From Pseudomonadota bacterium (GTDB lineage: Bacteria; UBA10199; 2-02-FULL-44-16; DYJF01): DNA of 64,000 nucleotides. Numbering within the stretch: position 1 is the first letter of the stretch; each line of letters begins with the position of its first letter. The notes below the pieces were generated by a model, which was not told where the DNA came from, searched no databases, and saw only the letters and a list, made by a program, of their open reading frames with translations. Location of the stretch: the NCBI GenBank assembly GCA_043823065.1, contig JBDRBB010000003.1:1-64000 (forward strand). The letters are read 5' to 3'. Made by a program: the position numbers and the translations under genes. Of this stretch, positions 39,068-49,051 are shown in pieces.

Positions 39068-40240
39068 TTATCCCTCAGAAGGATATCCTAGAAATTCCCT
39101 GGCCGCACGGGCGGTTTTATAAAGAAAATTCAATTGGGTATAGATATCTGCCATATCCCAAGTTGAACAAAAGATAATAAAAGCCACATCATAATCAGGA
39201 TCATATCTCATGACCGTTAAATAACCCATATGCGCGCCATCATGGCCATAACCAAGACCTGGCGTATAGTTAATGCCCAATCCATAATAGTATTGCGGTA
39301 TACTAGTGGCTTGAACGTCCATCATCATATCCACATAGGTTTGTTCAACCCCAGCTGCGCCAGTTAACAAGGCCTTTATCCATCTGGTTAAATTTTCTGG
39401 CGTAGTAATCGCATTACCTTCTGCTACATGCGGCGACATATTGTCTAAGGTAACATCTGTGGTAAAACCTTGGTTCCATAAATAGCCTGTGGCATAAGGC
39501 GCTGGGATTGTTTCATCAGTCCCCTGCCAGGGAAAACTAGTATCAGCCAAGTTGTTGGGCATTACAAAATTATCGCGAATAAATTCAGCATACGTCAAAC
39601 CACTTACTTGTTCAACAATCTTGCCCAAAATACTGTAACCAGTATCACTATAATGAAACTCCACATCTGGCGCTGTGTAGTAAAGATCATTGGCAGCCAG
39701 CACTCCAACCAATTCATCAAAGGTAAAAGTATGTTCATCTTCACCAAGCACATCTCTGACATATTCAGCATAACTATAACCAGCATAGGGCGCGGAAACT
39801 GTGGTGGGAATATCAGTATTAGAAATATCAAACACCCCTGCCCGGTGTTCTAACAACAAGCGGATGGTAATTTGGTCTTTGTAGGGGATATCATAATTTG
39901 CATCATCTGGCAGATAAGCTGTAATATTATCGTCGATATTTAATAACCCCTGCTGATGCAAGAGCATAATAGCAGCTGCGGTAAAGGTTTTGGTAGTACT
40001 GGCTGATCTAAAATGGATATTTTCCGTAACATTTTGGCCTAAATCAACAGATACAAAAAAATTTCCTTTGGGCGACAGAATACGCAGCCCAAGGCCTCCG
40101 CCTTCAGGCTTGCCTTGTTTAAACTCATTCCATTTCAGGGATAATATTGTCTGTAGTTGCTGCTGATAATATGCGGTGGTAGGAGAATATGTTCCGCAAC
40201 CAAACAAGAAAGCCAAACCTAAAAAAATTAGTTTTTTCAA
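39068..40240 (-). CDS. serine hydrolase (beta-lactamase/D-Ala-D-Ala peptidase family) lipoprotein
   Basis: lipobox LFGC; FRSASTTK (SxxK), LLEHRAG, YSDTGY, GHDG. Confidence 0.88.
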   Translation of the reverse strand: MKKLIFLGLAFLFGCGTYSPTTAYYQQQLQTILSLKWNEFKQGKPEGGGLGLRILSPKGNFFVSVDLGQNVTENIHFRSASTTKTFTAAAIMLLHQQGLLNIDDNITAYLPDDANYDIPYKDQITIRLLLEHRAGVFDISNTDIPTTVSAPYAGYSYAEYVRDVLGEDEHTFTFDELVGVLAANDLYYTAPDVEFHYSDTGYSILGKIVEQVSGLTYAEFIRDNFVMPNNLADTSFPWQGTDETIPAPYATGYLWNQGFTTDVTLDNMSPHVAEGNAITTPENLTRWIKALLTGAAGVEQTYVDMMMDVQATSIPQYYYGLGINYTPGLGYGHDGAHMGYLTVMRYDPDYDVAFIIFCSTWDMADIYTQLNFLYKTARAAREFLGYPSEG

Positions 40241-40273
40241 GCATCCCCCGCTGCCACTTGAAACTAATAATCT

Positions 40274-41896
40274 TTATTGTAAAGTTTTTACTGAGGGATG
40301 TAAAGGATCTGCTGCTTCTTGGCTGTTAGGCGCTCTGTTGTCTGCGGTTTCAGCTGCTGGTTTTTTAGATTTGGAAATGGTTTTAGTTTTGACTGGCGGG
40401 CTATAACAAATCACGCGATTACGACCTTCTTCTTTGGCCCGATATAAAGCAATATCTGCATGATCAATAATCTCTTCCATTTCTTGCACATCGTCAGGAT
40501 AAGAAGCAACGCCAGCGCTGATCGACATTTGCTTGGTTTCTTTCCAATCATCATTGGTAAACTTATGTTCTTCCACCAAATGTCTAATTTTTTCCGCCAC
40601 CGCAATGGCGCCGTGTTTATCAGTATCTGGCAAAAGCAAAATAAATTCCTCTCCGCCAAAACGAGCAACAGTATCCACTTCCCGCAAATTATTTCTTAAA
40701 ATTTTACCGATTTCTTTTAGCACCGCATCGCCTTGCAAATGACCATAGGTGTCATTGTAGGCCTTGAAGTGATCAACATCAATCATGACCACAGAAATAT
40801 CTCTGGAAAAACGCACTGACCTTTTCCATTCCATTTGCAGCATTTGTTGAAAATGACGCCGATTGTAAACTTGGGTGAGCTCATCTTTAACTGAAAGCTC
40901 GCGAGTTTTAGTATATAATCTTGCATTTGCAATAGCCAGAGCAACATGACCTGAAACCAATGAAAGCATTTTAATATCTGAAAAAGAAAAACTATTAATA
41001 CCTGGGCGACCAAAGTTAATCACCCCTAAAATTTCACCTTTATAAATCAGCGGCGCACAAAGCAATGAAGAGCCATCCAAGCGATGTTCACCCTTGTAAT
41101 GAATACAGCGATTTTCTTTTGAAGTATCTTTTACATATATTCTGCGACCAGTTTCAGCCACCATTCCTGAAATACCTTCTCCTTTGCGCCTGGTCATTCT
41201 TAAGATCTGTTCATTGTCTGAGAAACCATTGGCAACGCGCACGTGCAAGACTTCCTTAGCATCATCATAAACCAAGATCGCAAATTCACTTATCTTTAAA
41301 TATTTTTTCAAAGTTGCAGTAATGTTTTCATACAACTTATCCAAGTCAACAACTGAGCTAACTTCCTGGCCAATTTCGTAAATTAAAGATAAATCTTTGA
41401 CAAGATGCTCTAGGGTGCGATTGGTGCGGGCAATAATCTTGCTTTTCTCTTCAATTTGCTTTCGGTACTTTAATTCTTCTTGAGCTACAATTAAATCATG
41501 TTCGGTTTGAATTTTGTGCGCTGCTAAATCTGTAATCCTGGAAAGCATATGGTTAAAACTTCGAGAAAGATCTCCAATCTCGTCTTTGGAAAGAACTGGC
41601 GCGCGAATTAAAAAATCGCCTTCTTCAGCATGACCCATTACATTCATTAAGCGATTTAAGGGACGATCTAAAAAATAATATGAAGCAAAACTAGCTGCTA
41701 TAGCGATCATAACAACTTGAAAAGCCCAATAAATATATTTAAATGGAATACCAAATATAAGAAAAGAAAAATCAAGGTTTAACCCACCCTGCAAATACAC
41801 CCCAGCCGCCCAGGTGATTACATATGCCAAGCCAGCAAAGAGCATAACTTTCACCGGGATAGACAAGCGCCATCCTTTTTTACGCAACTTTCTCAC
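40274..41896 (-). CDS. membrane diguanylate cyclase (HAMP-GAF-GGDEF)
   Basis: two TM helices, DEIGDLSRSFN HAMP, GAF, DVDHFKAYND, REVD I-site, RFGGEEF. Confidence 0.93.
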   Translation of the reverse strand: MRKLRKKGWRLSIPVKVMLFAGLAYVITWAAGVYLQGGLNLDFSFLIFGIPFKYIYWAFQVVMIAIAASFASYYFLDRPLNRLMNVMGHAEEGDFLIRAPVLSKDEIGDLSRSFNHMLSRITDLAAHKIQTEHDLIVAQEELKYRKQIEEKSKIIARTNRTLEHLVKDLSLIYEIGQEVSSVVDLDKLYENITATLKKYLKISEFAILVYDDAKEVLHVRVANGFSDNEQILRMTRRKGEGISGMVAETGRRIYVKDTSKENRCIHYKGEHRLDGSSLLCAPLIYKGEILGVINFGRPGINSFSFSDIKMLSLVSGHVALAIANARLYTKTRELSVKDELTQVYNRRHFQQMLQMEWKRSVRFSRDISVVMIDVDHFKAYNDTYGHLQGDAVLKEIGKILRNNLREVDTVARFGGEEFILLLPDTDKHGAIAVAEKIRHLVEEHKFTNDDWKETKQMSISAGVASYPDDVQEMEEIIDHADIALYRAKEEGRNRVICYSPPVKTKTISKSKKPAAETADNRAPNSQEAADPLHPSVKTLQ

Positions 41897-41917
41897 TAAT
41901 TTCCCTTTCTAGTCCCT

Positions 41918-41944
41918 ATATCGGCAATTTTTAAAAATAGTTGC
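41918..41944 (-). promoter_or_regulatory. sigma28/FliA-like promoter
   Basis: minus strand GCAACTAT-N11-GCCGATAT upstream of the diguanylate cyclase. Confidence 0.7.
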
Positions 41945-42043
41945 GTGCTATTTGCAACCAAAAAGTATGCCTCTTTTATTTATTTATCATGAAGTTATAA
42001 CGTCTTGTTTACAGAACAACTTCAGTAGGTTAAATTCTGGCCA

Positions 42044-43186
42044 ATGTTAAGCGTTAAATTCCATAAATTCAGCTTCATTCTGCTTTTTTTATTGTTCTCT
42101 TTCAATTCCTTAGCAACTCTTCCTGAACCTCTAATTAGGGTTGCAATACAGAAAAATATTCCCAATTTAACCATTGTCAGCATGGCTGATCATTCCCTAA
42201 CAATATCTGATAAAAATACTAACCAAGAAATCTGGAATGGAAATTCTGCAAATATCGCTTCTCACAAAACAGGTTTGCAAATAAACAATAACAATATTCA
42301 CACTAGTAATATTATTATTGAGGCTTCTAATAACCTCTTTCAAGTTGGCTCAAATATTTATCGTGGGAAACTAAGAGTTATAAAGCAAAATAACAGTTTA
42401 CTGGTAATCAATGATTTACCATTGGAAACATATATTGCTGGACTAATCAATAGTGAAATTTCCTCTTCTTGGCCAGAGGAAACCATCAAAGCTCAAGCTA
42501 TTGCTGCCCGCACTTATGCCTTAAATCAGATTGAACAACGAAAAAGAGCAAATCCTAGCAATCTCTATGATATTGGAGCAACTACTTTAGATCAGGTTTA
42601 TTTCGGGGCTCATCGAGAGGATTTAAAATCCATACGTTTGGTAAAAGCCACTCAAGGAGAGGTACTTAAATGTGAAGGCAAAATCTTTCCGGCTTATTAT
42701 CATAGTTGTTGCGGCGGACAAACCCAGAAAGCCAGCAATGTCTGGGAACATGCCAAAGGCCCTGCCCCAATTCTGGATCGTTTTTGCGAAAGGTCTCCCA
42801 AGCACGATTGGGAATTCAAAATTTCTCTAAAAGATTTTCTCCATAAAATATCTGCAAATAAGCAGCAGCTAAACAAAATTGTTTCAATCACCACTATTCC
42901 CTTTTTTGATTCTCCTAGAGTGAATACCCTGCTTATTGAAACAACTGATGATGTTTTGGAAATTAAAGCCACTGAGCTTAGAAGCCTTTTTGGCTACTCC
43001 ATATTTAAAAGTACCTGGTTTGAAGTGAAATTGGAAGGAAACCAACTTACCTTTCAAGGGCGTGGTTATGGACATGGAGTTGGCATGTGCCAATGGGGAG
43101 CCAAAGGCATGGCTGAACAGGGATATAACTATCAGGATATATTGAAATTTTATTATCCAAATGCAGAAATTGCTAAAATTTATTAG
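42044..43186 (+). CDS. SpoIID/LytB-family lytic transglycosylase
   Basis: YRGKL, LETYIAG...KAQAIAARTYA, YHSCCGG, GYGHGVGMCQWGA. Confidence 0.92.
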   Translation: MLSVKFHKFSFILLFLLFSFNSLATLPEPLIRVAIQKNIPNLTIVSMADHSLTISDKNTNQEIWNGNSANIASHKTGLQINNNNIHTSNIIIEASNNLFQVGSNIYRGKLRVIKQNNSLLVINDLPLETYIAGLINSEISSSWPEETIKAQAIAARTYALNQIEQRKRANPSNLYDIGATTLDQVYFGAHREDLKSIRLVKATQGEVLKCEGKIFPAYYHSCCGGQTQKASNVWEHAKGPAPILDRFCERSPKHDWEFKISLKDFLHKISANKQQLNKIVSITTIPFFDSPRVNTLLIETTDDVLEIKATELRSLFGYSIFKSTWFEVKLEGNQLTFQGRGYGHGVGMCQWGAKGMAEQGYNYQDILKFYYPNAEIAKIY

Positions 43187-43189
43187 AAT

Positions 43190-44077
43190 TTAATTTACCA
43201 AGAATTGCATTGGATCAATTGCCTTCCCATCTTGGCGTATTTCATAATGAAGATGTGGGCCAGTACTGTTGCCGGTATTACCTACTGTAGCTATAAAATC
43301 ACCTCTTTTTATTTTTTGACCTTCTTTTACCAACAATTTTGAACAATGAGCATATAAGGTAAACAAGCCTTGGCCATGTTTAACTTTAACAGTTTTGCCA
43401 TAACCATGGTTATATCCAGTGAAAGTTACTACGCCATCTGCAGTTGCTTTAATTAAAGTGCCGATTGGAGCTGCTAGGTCAATTCCTTCATGATAAATAC
43501 TAGCCCTACCACCAGTTCTGGTTCTAAAGGATTGGCGCCAACCAAAATCTGAGGTTATCCAACCCTTAACTGGCCAAACAGAGGGTTTGCTAGACCAGGC
43601 TAGAAATTGATCCTGGGAATTAAGAAAATTAAGATTAATTTTAGCCTCAATTTGATCAGCCTTAGCCATTAGATTATCTAAAGGAATCTGGCGAGGTGCT
43701 TTCCACTCCATTTTTTTAATCAAAGAGTCAACTAAACCTTTTGATTTTGCCGCTTTAAGATTCCCTTTTAAACCATTGATTTTGGAAGAAATTCTTGCTG
43801 TGCGATCAATTTTTTCCTCAAGAGCAGCCACTTTAGCCAGCAAGACAGTGCGCTCCTTTTGATACTTAGCCAATTCTAACCTCTGGTAATAAGTATCAAA
43901 ATAGGCCTGTCGGCTTTGCATTAAGGAAAATAACATTGAACCAGAGATGATCAGCGCAGAAAGAGCAATTCCTAATATTATCATTATATTTCGAGAGCTT
44001 ACTTCAATTTCCTGAAGTGGCAAATTACCCTTGGGTATAATCAAAATTGAGCAAATATTGTCTAATTTCTTGGTCAT
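43190..44077 (-). CDS. M23-family peptidoglycan peptidase
   Basis: HEGIDLAA, YAHCS, GNSTGPHLHYE; N-terminal TM plus coiled coil. Confidence 0.92.
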   Translation of the reverse strand: MTKKLDNICSILIIPKGNLPLQEIEVSSRNIMIILGIALSALIISGSMLFSLMQSRQAYFDTYYQRLELAKYQKERTVLLAKVAALEEKIDRTARISSKINGLKGNLKAAKSKGLVDSLIKKMEWKAPRQIPLDNLMAKADQIEAKINLNFLNSQDQFLAWSSKPSVWPVKGWITSDFGWRQSFRTRTGGRASIYHEGIDLAAPIGTLIKATADGVVTFTGYNHGYGKTVKVKHGQGLFTLYAHCSKLLVKEGQKIKRGDFIATVGNTGNSTGPHLHYEIRQDGKAIDPMQFLVN

Positions 44078-44105
44078 AAGCAGTCCTCAACATCCTATAT
44101 ATATA

Positions 44106-44132
44106 TTATCGGACGTCACCCCAAAATGTTGC
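44106..44132 (-). promoter_or_regulatory. sigma28/FliA-like promoter
   Basis: minus strand GCAACATT-N11-TCCGATAA upstream of the 43190..44077 gene. Confidence 0.68.
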
Positions 44133-44144
44133 GGGGTTTTTAAA

Positions 44145-44171
44145 TAAAAAAAGGCAGCTAAAAGCTGCCTA
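44145..44171. terminator. terminator hairpin, copy 1 of a direct repeat
   Basis: TAAAAAAAGGCAGCTAAAAGCTGCCTA. Confidence 0.75.
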
Positions 44172-44309
44172 ACATGTTGTTTTTATTATTTATATTATGC
44201 TCGTGGATTTCTACGTTCCTCTGCTTCGGAATCCATTATAATTTTCAGAAATTCTTGCTCCGTCTGACTTTTTCGTCTACTACTTGAATTTTCATGGTAT
44301 ATTTTTTCC

Positions 44310-45680
44310 TTATTCTGGTAGCAGTTTGGTGATTTTCTCAAGTGATTTAACTTTGATCATATTTTGGCTAGCAATCTCGCGAAAATTTGAAGAAACGTGT
44401 AAATCATTGGTCACTCTTTCCCAAAAATCTATTGCTACAGATAATACTTTCTTAAAGATAATGCTCTCTGATGGTGTTGGCAAAGGTGGGGTAAATTCTC
44501 TAGAAACAACTTCTTCATTTTGTGGTGCATAAAGCATGGGAAGCATATCATAAGAAGGTGTAATTCCTGTTACAGTACCTTTATCAAAGTAAAGTGATAA
44601 ATTAGCTAGGTGCATATCACTATTAGCAATTAGTTTTCCATATATATGTTGCCAGTAAATTTCCTCTGCTATTTTTTGAGTAATGATTTTTTGCTTTAAA
44701 AGTGCTTGGGCAACTTTTTTCCAATCACCTGTTATACCTATATACTCATTGTTCAGCGCATTCAACGATATCACTCCCCTTCGTCCAAAGAAGCCAATAC
44801 GATCAAATCGCTTGACCTCTAAAAACAATTGATTCTCCCCAAAAATAAGCTCTGACTTTGATGACAAGTGGCCATGATCTTTTAAAACCCTATGGCTTAT
44901 ATGTTCACATATCAACAAATCTGCGCGCCTCATTGCTAAAGGATTGTTCAATTTAGGAGAAAATTTGACTAAAACAGATTTTTCATTTTCAAGAACTGCT
45001 GGAAACTTAGGTTGCTCACCACCAGCTGATGAACCTGGATCTCCATATTGAAGAATGTTATTTGCCATTTGCGGGTATTCATGAATACGCTCACTCAATT
45101 GAATGCCTGGTTTTGATTTTTGTGTTTTCGCTAAATATCTTTCAAACGCCCTATCACCTAAGATTAAGTTGCCAATGAGATCTGTTCCATATTCCGTCAA
45201 ATACTGTAAGCAGTGGTTTGAAGTCCATTGGTTAATATTCTTTGGTAAATCTAACTCTGAATGGGTGTGAGGAATGAGTCTGCCCAGAAATCCATTTGGC
45301 CTTAGATCATCTAAAAAAAATGGAAGGTCCTCAAAAAACTTATCTTGAAAAATTCCTTCTTCTTTTAGAACAAAGCAAAATCCTTTGGGAGAAATACTAA
45401 ATAGCTCACCATATAGTGTACTTTGGCCCTTTTCATCAACTACATAGATGTTAATAGTAAAACCTACTTTAGGTATCTCCCTTTTCAGTCCATAAAGAGT
45501 CTGGCTAGCAGCTCCGAAAGTGCATACCTTTTCTTCCATTTTGTTAACAAGTCTTGAAAATGCAGGCTGACTGATTCGCAATAATTGACAAAGTTTCTTT
45601 GCTTTTTCAGGTCCTTTTCGTAAATGAGATAGAAGCTCATCTTGCAGCGCTTCATAATTTAATTTTTGTTTTTTTGGCAT
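44310..45680 (-). CDS. yjjJ: HipA-family kinase toxin, YjjJ-like (N-terminal HTH)
   Basis: ISQPAFSRL HTH, DLRPNGFLGR, GSSAGGEQPKF, IANSDMHLANLS, YDMLPM. Confidence 0.88.
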   Translation of the reverse strand: MPKKQKLNYEALQDELLSHLRKGPEKAKKLCQLLRISQPAFSRLVNKMEEKVCTFGAASQTLYGLKREIPKVGFTINIYVVDEKGQSTLYGELFSISPKGFCFVLKEEGIFQDKFFEDLPFFLDDLRPNGFLGRLIPHTHSELDLPKNINQWTSNHCLQYLTEYGTDLIGNLILGDRAFERYLAKTQKSKPGIQLSERIHEYPQMANNILQYGDPGSSAGGEQPKFPAVLENEKSVLVKFSPKLNNPLAMRRADLLICEHISHRVLKDHGHLSSKSELIFGENQLFLEVKRFDRIGFFGRRGVISLNALNNEYIGITGDWKKVAQALLKQKIITQKIAEEIYWQHIYGKLIANSDMHLANLSLYFDKGTVTGITPSYDMLPMLYAPQNEEVVSREFTPPLPTPSESIIFKKVLSVAIDFWERVTNDLHVSSNFREIASQNMIKVKSLEKITKLLPE

Positions 45681-45770
45681 ATAATTTAGAATAATTTATA
45701 GAATAGCAAAAGTCAATATAAAATATATAGTTATATATATAACATGTATATATTAGAATAGATTTAGAAT

Positions 45771-45798
45771 TAAAAAAAGGCAGCTAAAAAGCTGCCTA
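45771..45798. terminator. terminator hairpin, copy 2 of a direct repeat
   Basis: TAAAAAAAGGCAGCTAAAAAGCTGCCTA; differs from 44145-44171 by one A. Confidence 0.75.
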
Positions 45799-45807
45799 GA
45801 CGAGATA

Positions 45808-45839
45808 CGCCAGCCAAAGGCTGGTCCGCCTCTGGCGGA
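45808..45839. repeat. REP-like double hairpin
   Basis: CCAGCC-AAA-GGCTGG followed by TCCGCC-TCT-GGCGGA. Confidence 0.5.
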
Positions 45840-45857
45840 AATGACGACGTGCGGCTC

Positions 45858-46817
45858 TTACATATCACCCACAACATAGTTCATAGGATCAACTGGCACA
45901 TCATCTATACGCACTTCATAATGAAGATGGGGGCCAGTGCTACGACCAGTATTACCAACTGCAGCAATAACCATGCCGCGTTCTACGCTAGATCCTTCTT
46001 TGACAAAAATAGAGGAACAATGGGCATAAATTGTGGATAAACCATTTCCATGATCTATTTTAATTGTTTGACCATAACCTGATCTATAACCAACATAGGT
46101 AACAATACCATCTGCGGAAACCTGAATAGGGGTGCCTCGAGGAGCAGCAATATCGATTCCTTCATGCCATCTAGTAGAACGACCACCAGTGCGTCGGCTA
46201 TACAAACTCCTGATACCAAATTTTGAGGTGATCCAACCTTTGACCGGCCAAATAGAGGGAATGGAAGACCAAAAGAATAGCCGCTCTTTTTGGGCCACAA
46301 ATACTGCATTAAGAGCATTTTCTGTGCCCATCATCTGTTTTTTTAAGTTATCCAATTCAAAATTCAAATCCCCTAAGCGCCACTTGCTCTCCTCAAATCG
46401 ATAGTATTCCTGACTGGCTTCTAGTGTTGCACGCCAATCTTCTTCATCTATAGGACCTTTAGCAGATTGCAAACCTTGGTTCTTCTCAAAAACTGATTCT
46501 ACTCTAGCAGACAGGCGTGCAGTTCGATCTAAGATATCATCTAAATCATGAATTTTGGCAAATAATCTGGAGCTTTCTTGCTGAAAATTAGCAGCCTTAA
46601 CCCGCAAATCTTCAGTAGCCTCAAATGCTTTCCAAAAATGCAACATCCCACCAAGGCTAGCTAACAACCCGGCTATTATAGCCAAACAAACAGCTAAACC
46701 CAAACCAAGATGGGATCGCTTGATTTCTAATTTGTTTATGGAAGTGTCATCTCTGGAAACAACTAAAATGCTATATCTTTTGGAAAGCTTTTTAAGCATA
46801 TTTAATTTGGATAGCAT
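45858..46817 (-). CDS. M23-family peptidoglycan peptidase (paralog of 43190..44077)
   Basis: PSIWPVKGWITS, HEGIDIAA, YAHCS, STGPHLHYE. Confidence 0.92.
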   Translation of the reverse strand: MLSKLNMLKKLSKRYSILVVSRDDTSINKLEIKRSHLGLGLAVCLAIIAGLLASLGGMLHFWKAFEATEDLRVKAANFQQESSRLFAKIHDLDDILDRTARLSARVESVFEKNQGLQSAKGPIDEEDWRATLEASQEYYRFEESKWRLGDLNFELDNLKKQMMGTENALNAVFVAQKERLFFWSSIPSIWPVKGWITSKFGIRSLYSRRTGGRSTRWHEGIDIAAPRGTPIQVSADGIVTYVGYRSGYGQTIKIDHGNGLSTIYAHCSSIFVKEGSSVERGMVIAAVGNTGRSTGPHLHYEVRIDDVPVDPMNYVVGDM

Positions 46818-46842
46818 AGCAACTAGTACGTGTCAACCAACC

Positions 46843-47655
46843 TCAAGCTTCAATTGTGGACTCACTGCTTAAGGTATCTACCTCATCTTCTTCGTCTAAT
46901 CCCTTAACTTCTATCAAAACTGCCGTGATATTATCTTCTCCACCACGTTCATTAGCCACATCAATTAATCTTTCTGCTGCTTCTTTTAAACCATTATTGG
47001 CCACAATATCTTTAATATCTTCATCTTCAATTAAGTTACTTAAACCATCGCTACAAAGCAAATAGCGATCCCCAATATGGGGAACTCGAATATCAACATC
47101 TGATTCCACTCCTTCTTGATAACCAACAGAGCGGGTAATAATATTTTTGAAACGATGACTACGGGAATCTTTGGCCGATAAAATGCCAGCCCTAACCTGT
47201 TCTTCAACCAAAGAATGATCTTTGGTAACTTGGCTTATTTTATCTTTTCGAATATGATAAACTCTGGAATCTCCTACATTGGCAATATAAACTTTATTAT
47301 GGCGAAACAAAACCACCACTGAAGTGGTGCCCATACCATGCAAAGCTGGATCGTTCTGAGCTTTTTCAAAAATACGCCTACTTGCCACGGCAATGGCATA
47401 TCTTAAAATGCCGGCATAATCATCTGGCCTTAATTCATCTGATTCTGGCATAGTTGCCTCAGGATCATTTTCCACTGATTTAACCACTTCTTCAATGGTA
47501 TTTACCGCCAAACGGCTGGCATATTCGCCGCCCAAATGACCGCCCATACCATCAGCAACTATATATAGATGAAAATCTTCATTAATTAAAAAAGAATCTT
47601 CATTTTTTTCGCGACACTTCCCTACATCAGATTTTCCAAATGACTCAATTCGCAT
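46843..47655 (-). CDS. PP2C-family Ser/Thr protein phosphatase
   Basis: SDVG..RE.NED, VADGMGGH, GMGTT, NVGDSR, LCSDGL, GGEDNIT; start taken at MRIESF. Confidence 0.92.
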   Translation of the reverse strand: MRIESFGKSDVGKCREKNEDSFLINEDFHLYIVADGMGGHLGGEYASRLAVNTIEEVVKSVENDPEATMPESDELRPDDYAGILRYAIAVASRRIFEKAQNDPALHGMGTTSVVVLFRHNKVYIANVGDSRVYHIRKDKISQVTKDHSLVEEQVRAGILSAKDSRSHRFKNIITRSVGYQEGVESDVDIRVPHIGDRYLLCSDGLSNLIEDEDIKDIVANNGLKEAAERLIDVANERGGEDNITAVLIEVKGLDEEDEVDTLSSESTIEA

Positions 47656-47707
47656 AAAAAATATATTTAATTGAAAAAAAAGATTTTGAAAAGAAAAAAC
47701 ACTAGTT

Positions 47708-49051
47708 TTAGCCTCCACCTACTTGTACTCTTGGCACAAAAATAGCTGGTGCTCCAAAAGTGGCCTGAAACTTAAGATTGTTAGCAACACCTTCTACGCG
47801 CTGAAACAAATCGTGCACATTACCGCTAATAATGACGCCTCGAACTGGCCGGCCAATTTTCCCTTGAGCAATTGCAAAACCCTCGACAGCCAAAGAAAAA
47901 TCTCCGGTAATAACATTGGCGGTATGTAAACCCATCATATCAGTTATTAAAAATCCGTTTTGCGCAGCTTGATACAGAACTTCTAAATCAAGCTCTCCTT
48001 TTTTCAAATAACAATTAGTAACATCTACAGTTGGCGGAGAATGCAAAGATGCCCGAAAACTATTACCAGTGGATTTGCGATTATCTCTTTTGGCGCGCGC
48101 AGCATCATATAGCCAATCTACAACTTGACCTTTTTTGACTAAGAAATTCTTTTGTCTGGGCAAACCTTCATCATCAAAAAGATAAGTACTATAACCATCT
48201 GGCATAATACCATCATCTATAATAGTCACTAATGGACTATAAGCTAGCTGACCTTTTTTGCCAATCAAAGCTGATTTTTTGCGCTGAATATTAGTGGCAA
48301 AAAAAGACGGGGTTAAGAGTTGCAACAAATTGGCAGTGGCCCGGCAATCAAACACCACATCATAACTGCCAGATGGCAAGGGCTTGGCGCCAAGCATGGC
48401 CAAAGCTCTTTGGGTAGCTCTCTTGGCCACAGCTACATAATCTAATTTTTCAAAACAAGGGGAAAAGCTAAAATCCCAACCAGTTTCACAGGTCTCTTTG
48501 TCTTGAGCCACTGCTCTTACTTCGCACAACGCAATGCCGCGCTCAAAACTTTGGGCTATGCCAAATGAATTAACAATACTAATCTGCCTGATAGTCTCTT
48601 CATACAAAGGTTGTCGCACCCTTTTAATTCTAAAATCAACTGCTTTGGCCTCTCGTTCCAAAGCCAAAGCTACAGCAATTTTTTCAAAATCTGGAATTTT
48701 GCGTAAAGACCTGGTTTGTTTTTCATCTAAAACAGTATATTCACCCTGGGGCTGAGGAATGACAGCTTCAGCAGAAGGTGAAACATGTTTAATATAATCA
48801 CTTAAATTTTTAACCAAGCAATCTATTGCTGCCTTAGAAAAATCTGTGGAACTGGAAAGAGCTATGCGCTCATTTTTCAAAACTCTAACCGCTACACCAC
48901 AAGTATTGGCCCGGGAAAAACTCTCCACATGGCCATCTCTGGCTTCCACCACTAAAGAATCGTTATTCGCCAGGTAAATTTCATAGGCATCAAATGATTC
49001 GTGGTTCAAACGACTGGTCAGGGATTCAATAATTTGTTCTGAATATATCAT
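47708..49051 (-). CDS. TldD/PmbA-family protein (PmbA/TldE-like)
   Basis: FDDEGLP, STGN, MGLHTANVITGDFS, ISGN. Confidence 0.88.
   Translation of the reverse strand: MIYSEQIIESLTSRLNHESFDAYEIYLANNDSLVVEARDGHVESFSRANTCGVAVRVLKNERIALSSSTDFSKAAIDCLVKNLSDYIKHVSPSAEAVIPQPQGEYTVLDEKQTRSLRKIPDFEKIAVALALEREAKAVDFRIKRVRQPLYEETIRQISIVNSFGIAQSFERGIALCEVRAVAQDKETCETGWDFSFSPCFEKLDYVAVAKRATQRALAMLGAKPLPSGSYDVVFDCRATANLLQLLTPSFFATNIQRKKSALIGKKGQLAYSPLVTIIDDGIMPDGYSTYLFDDEGLPRQKNFLVKKGQVVDWLYDAARAKRDNRKSTGNSFRASLHSPPTVDVTNCYLKKGELDLEVLYQAAQNGFLITDMMGLHTANVITGDFSLAVEGFAIAQGKIGRPVRGVIISGNVHDLFQRVEGVANNLKFQATFGAPAIFVPRVQVGGG

Noticed and set aside
41941..41956. sigma54 promoter for the SpoIID gene (TTGCGTGCTATTTGCA)
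   Set aside because: Lacks the invariant GG at -24.
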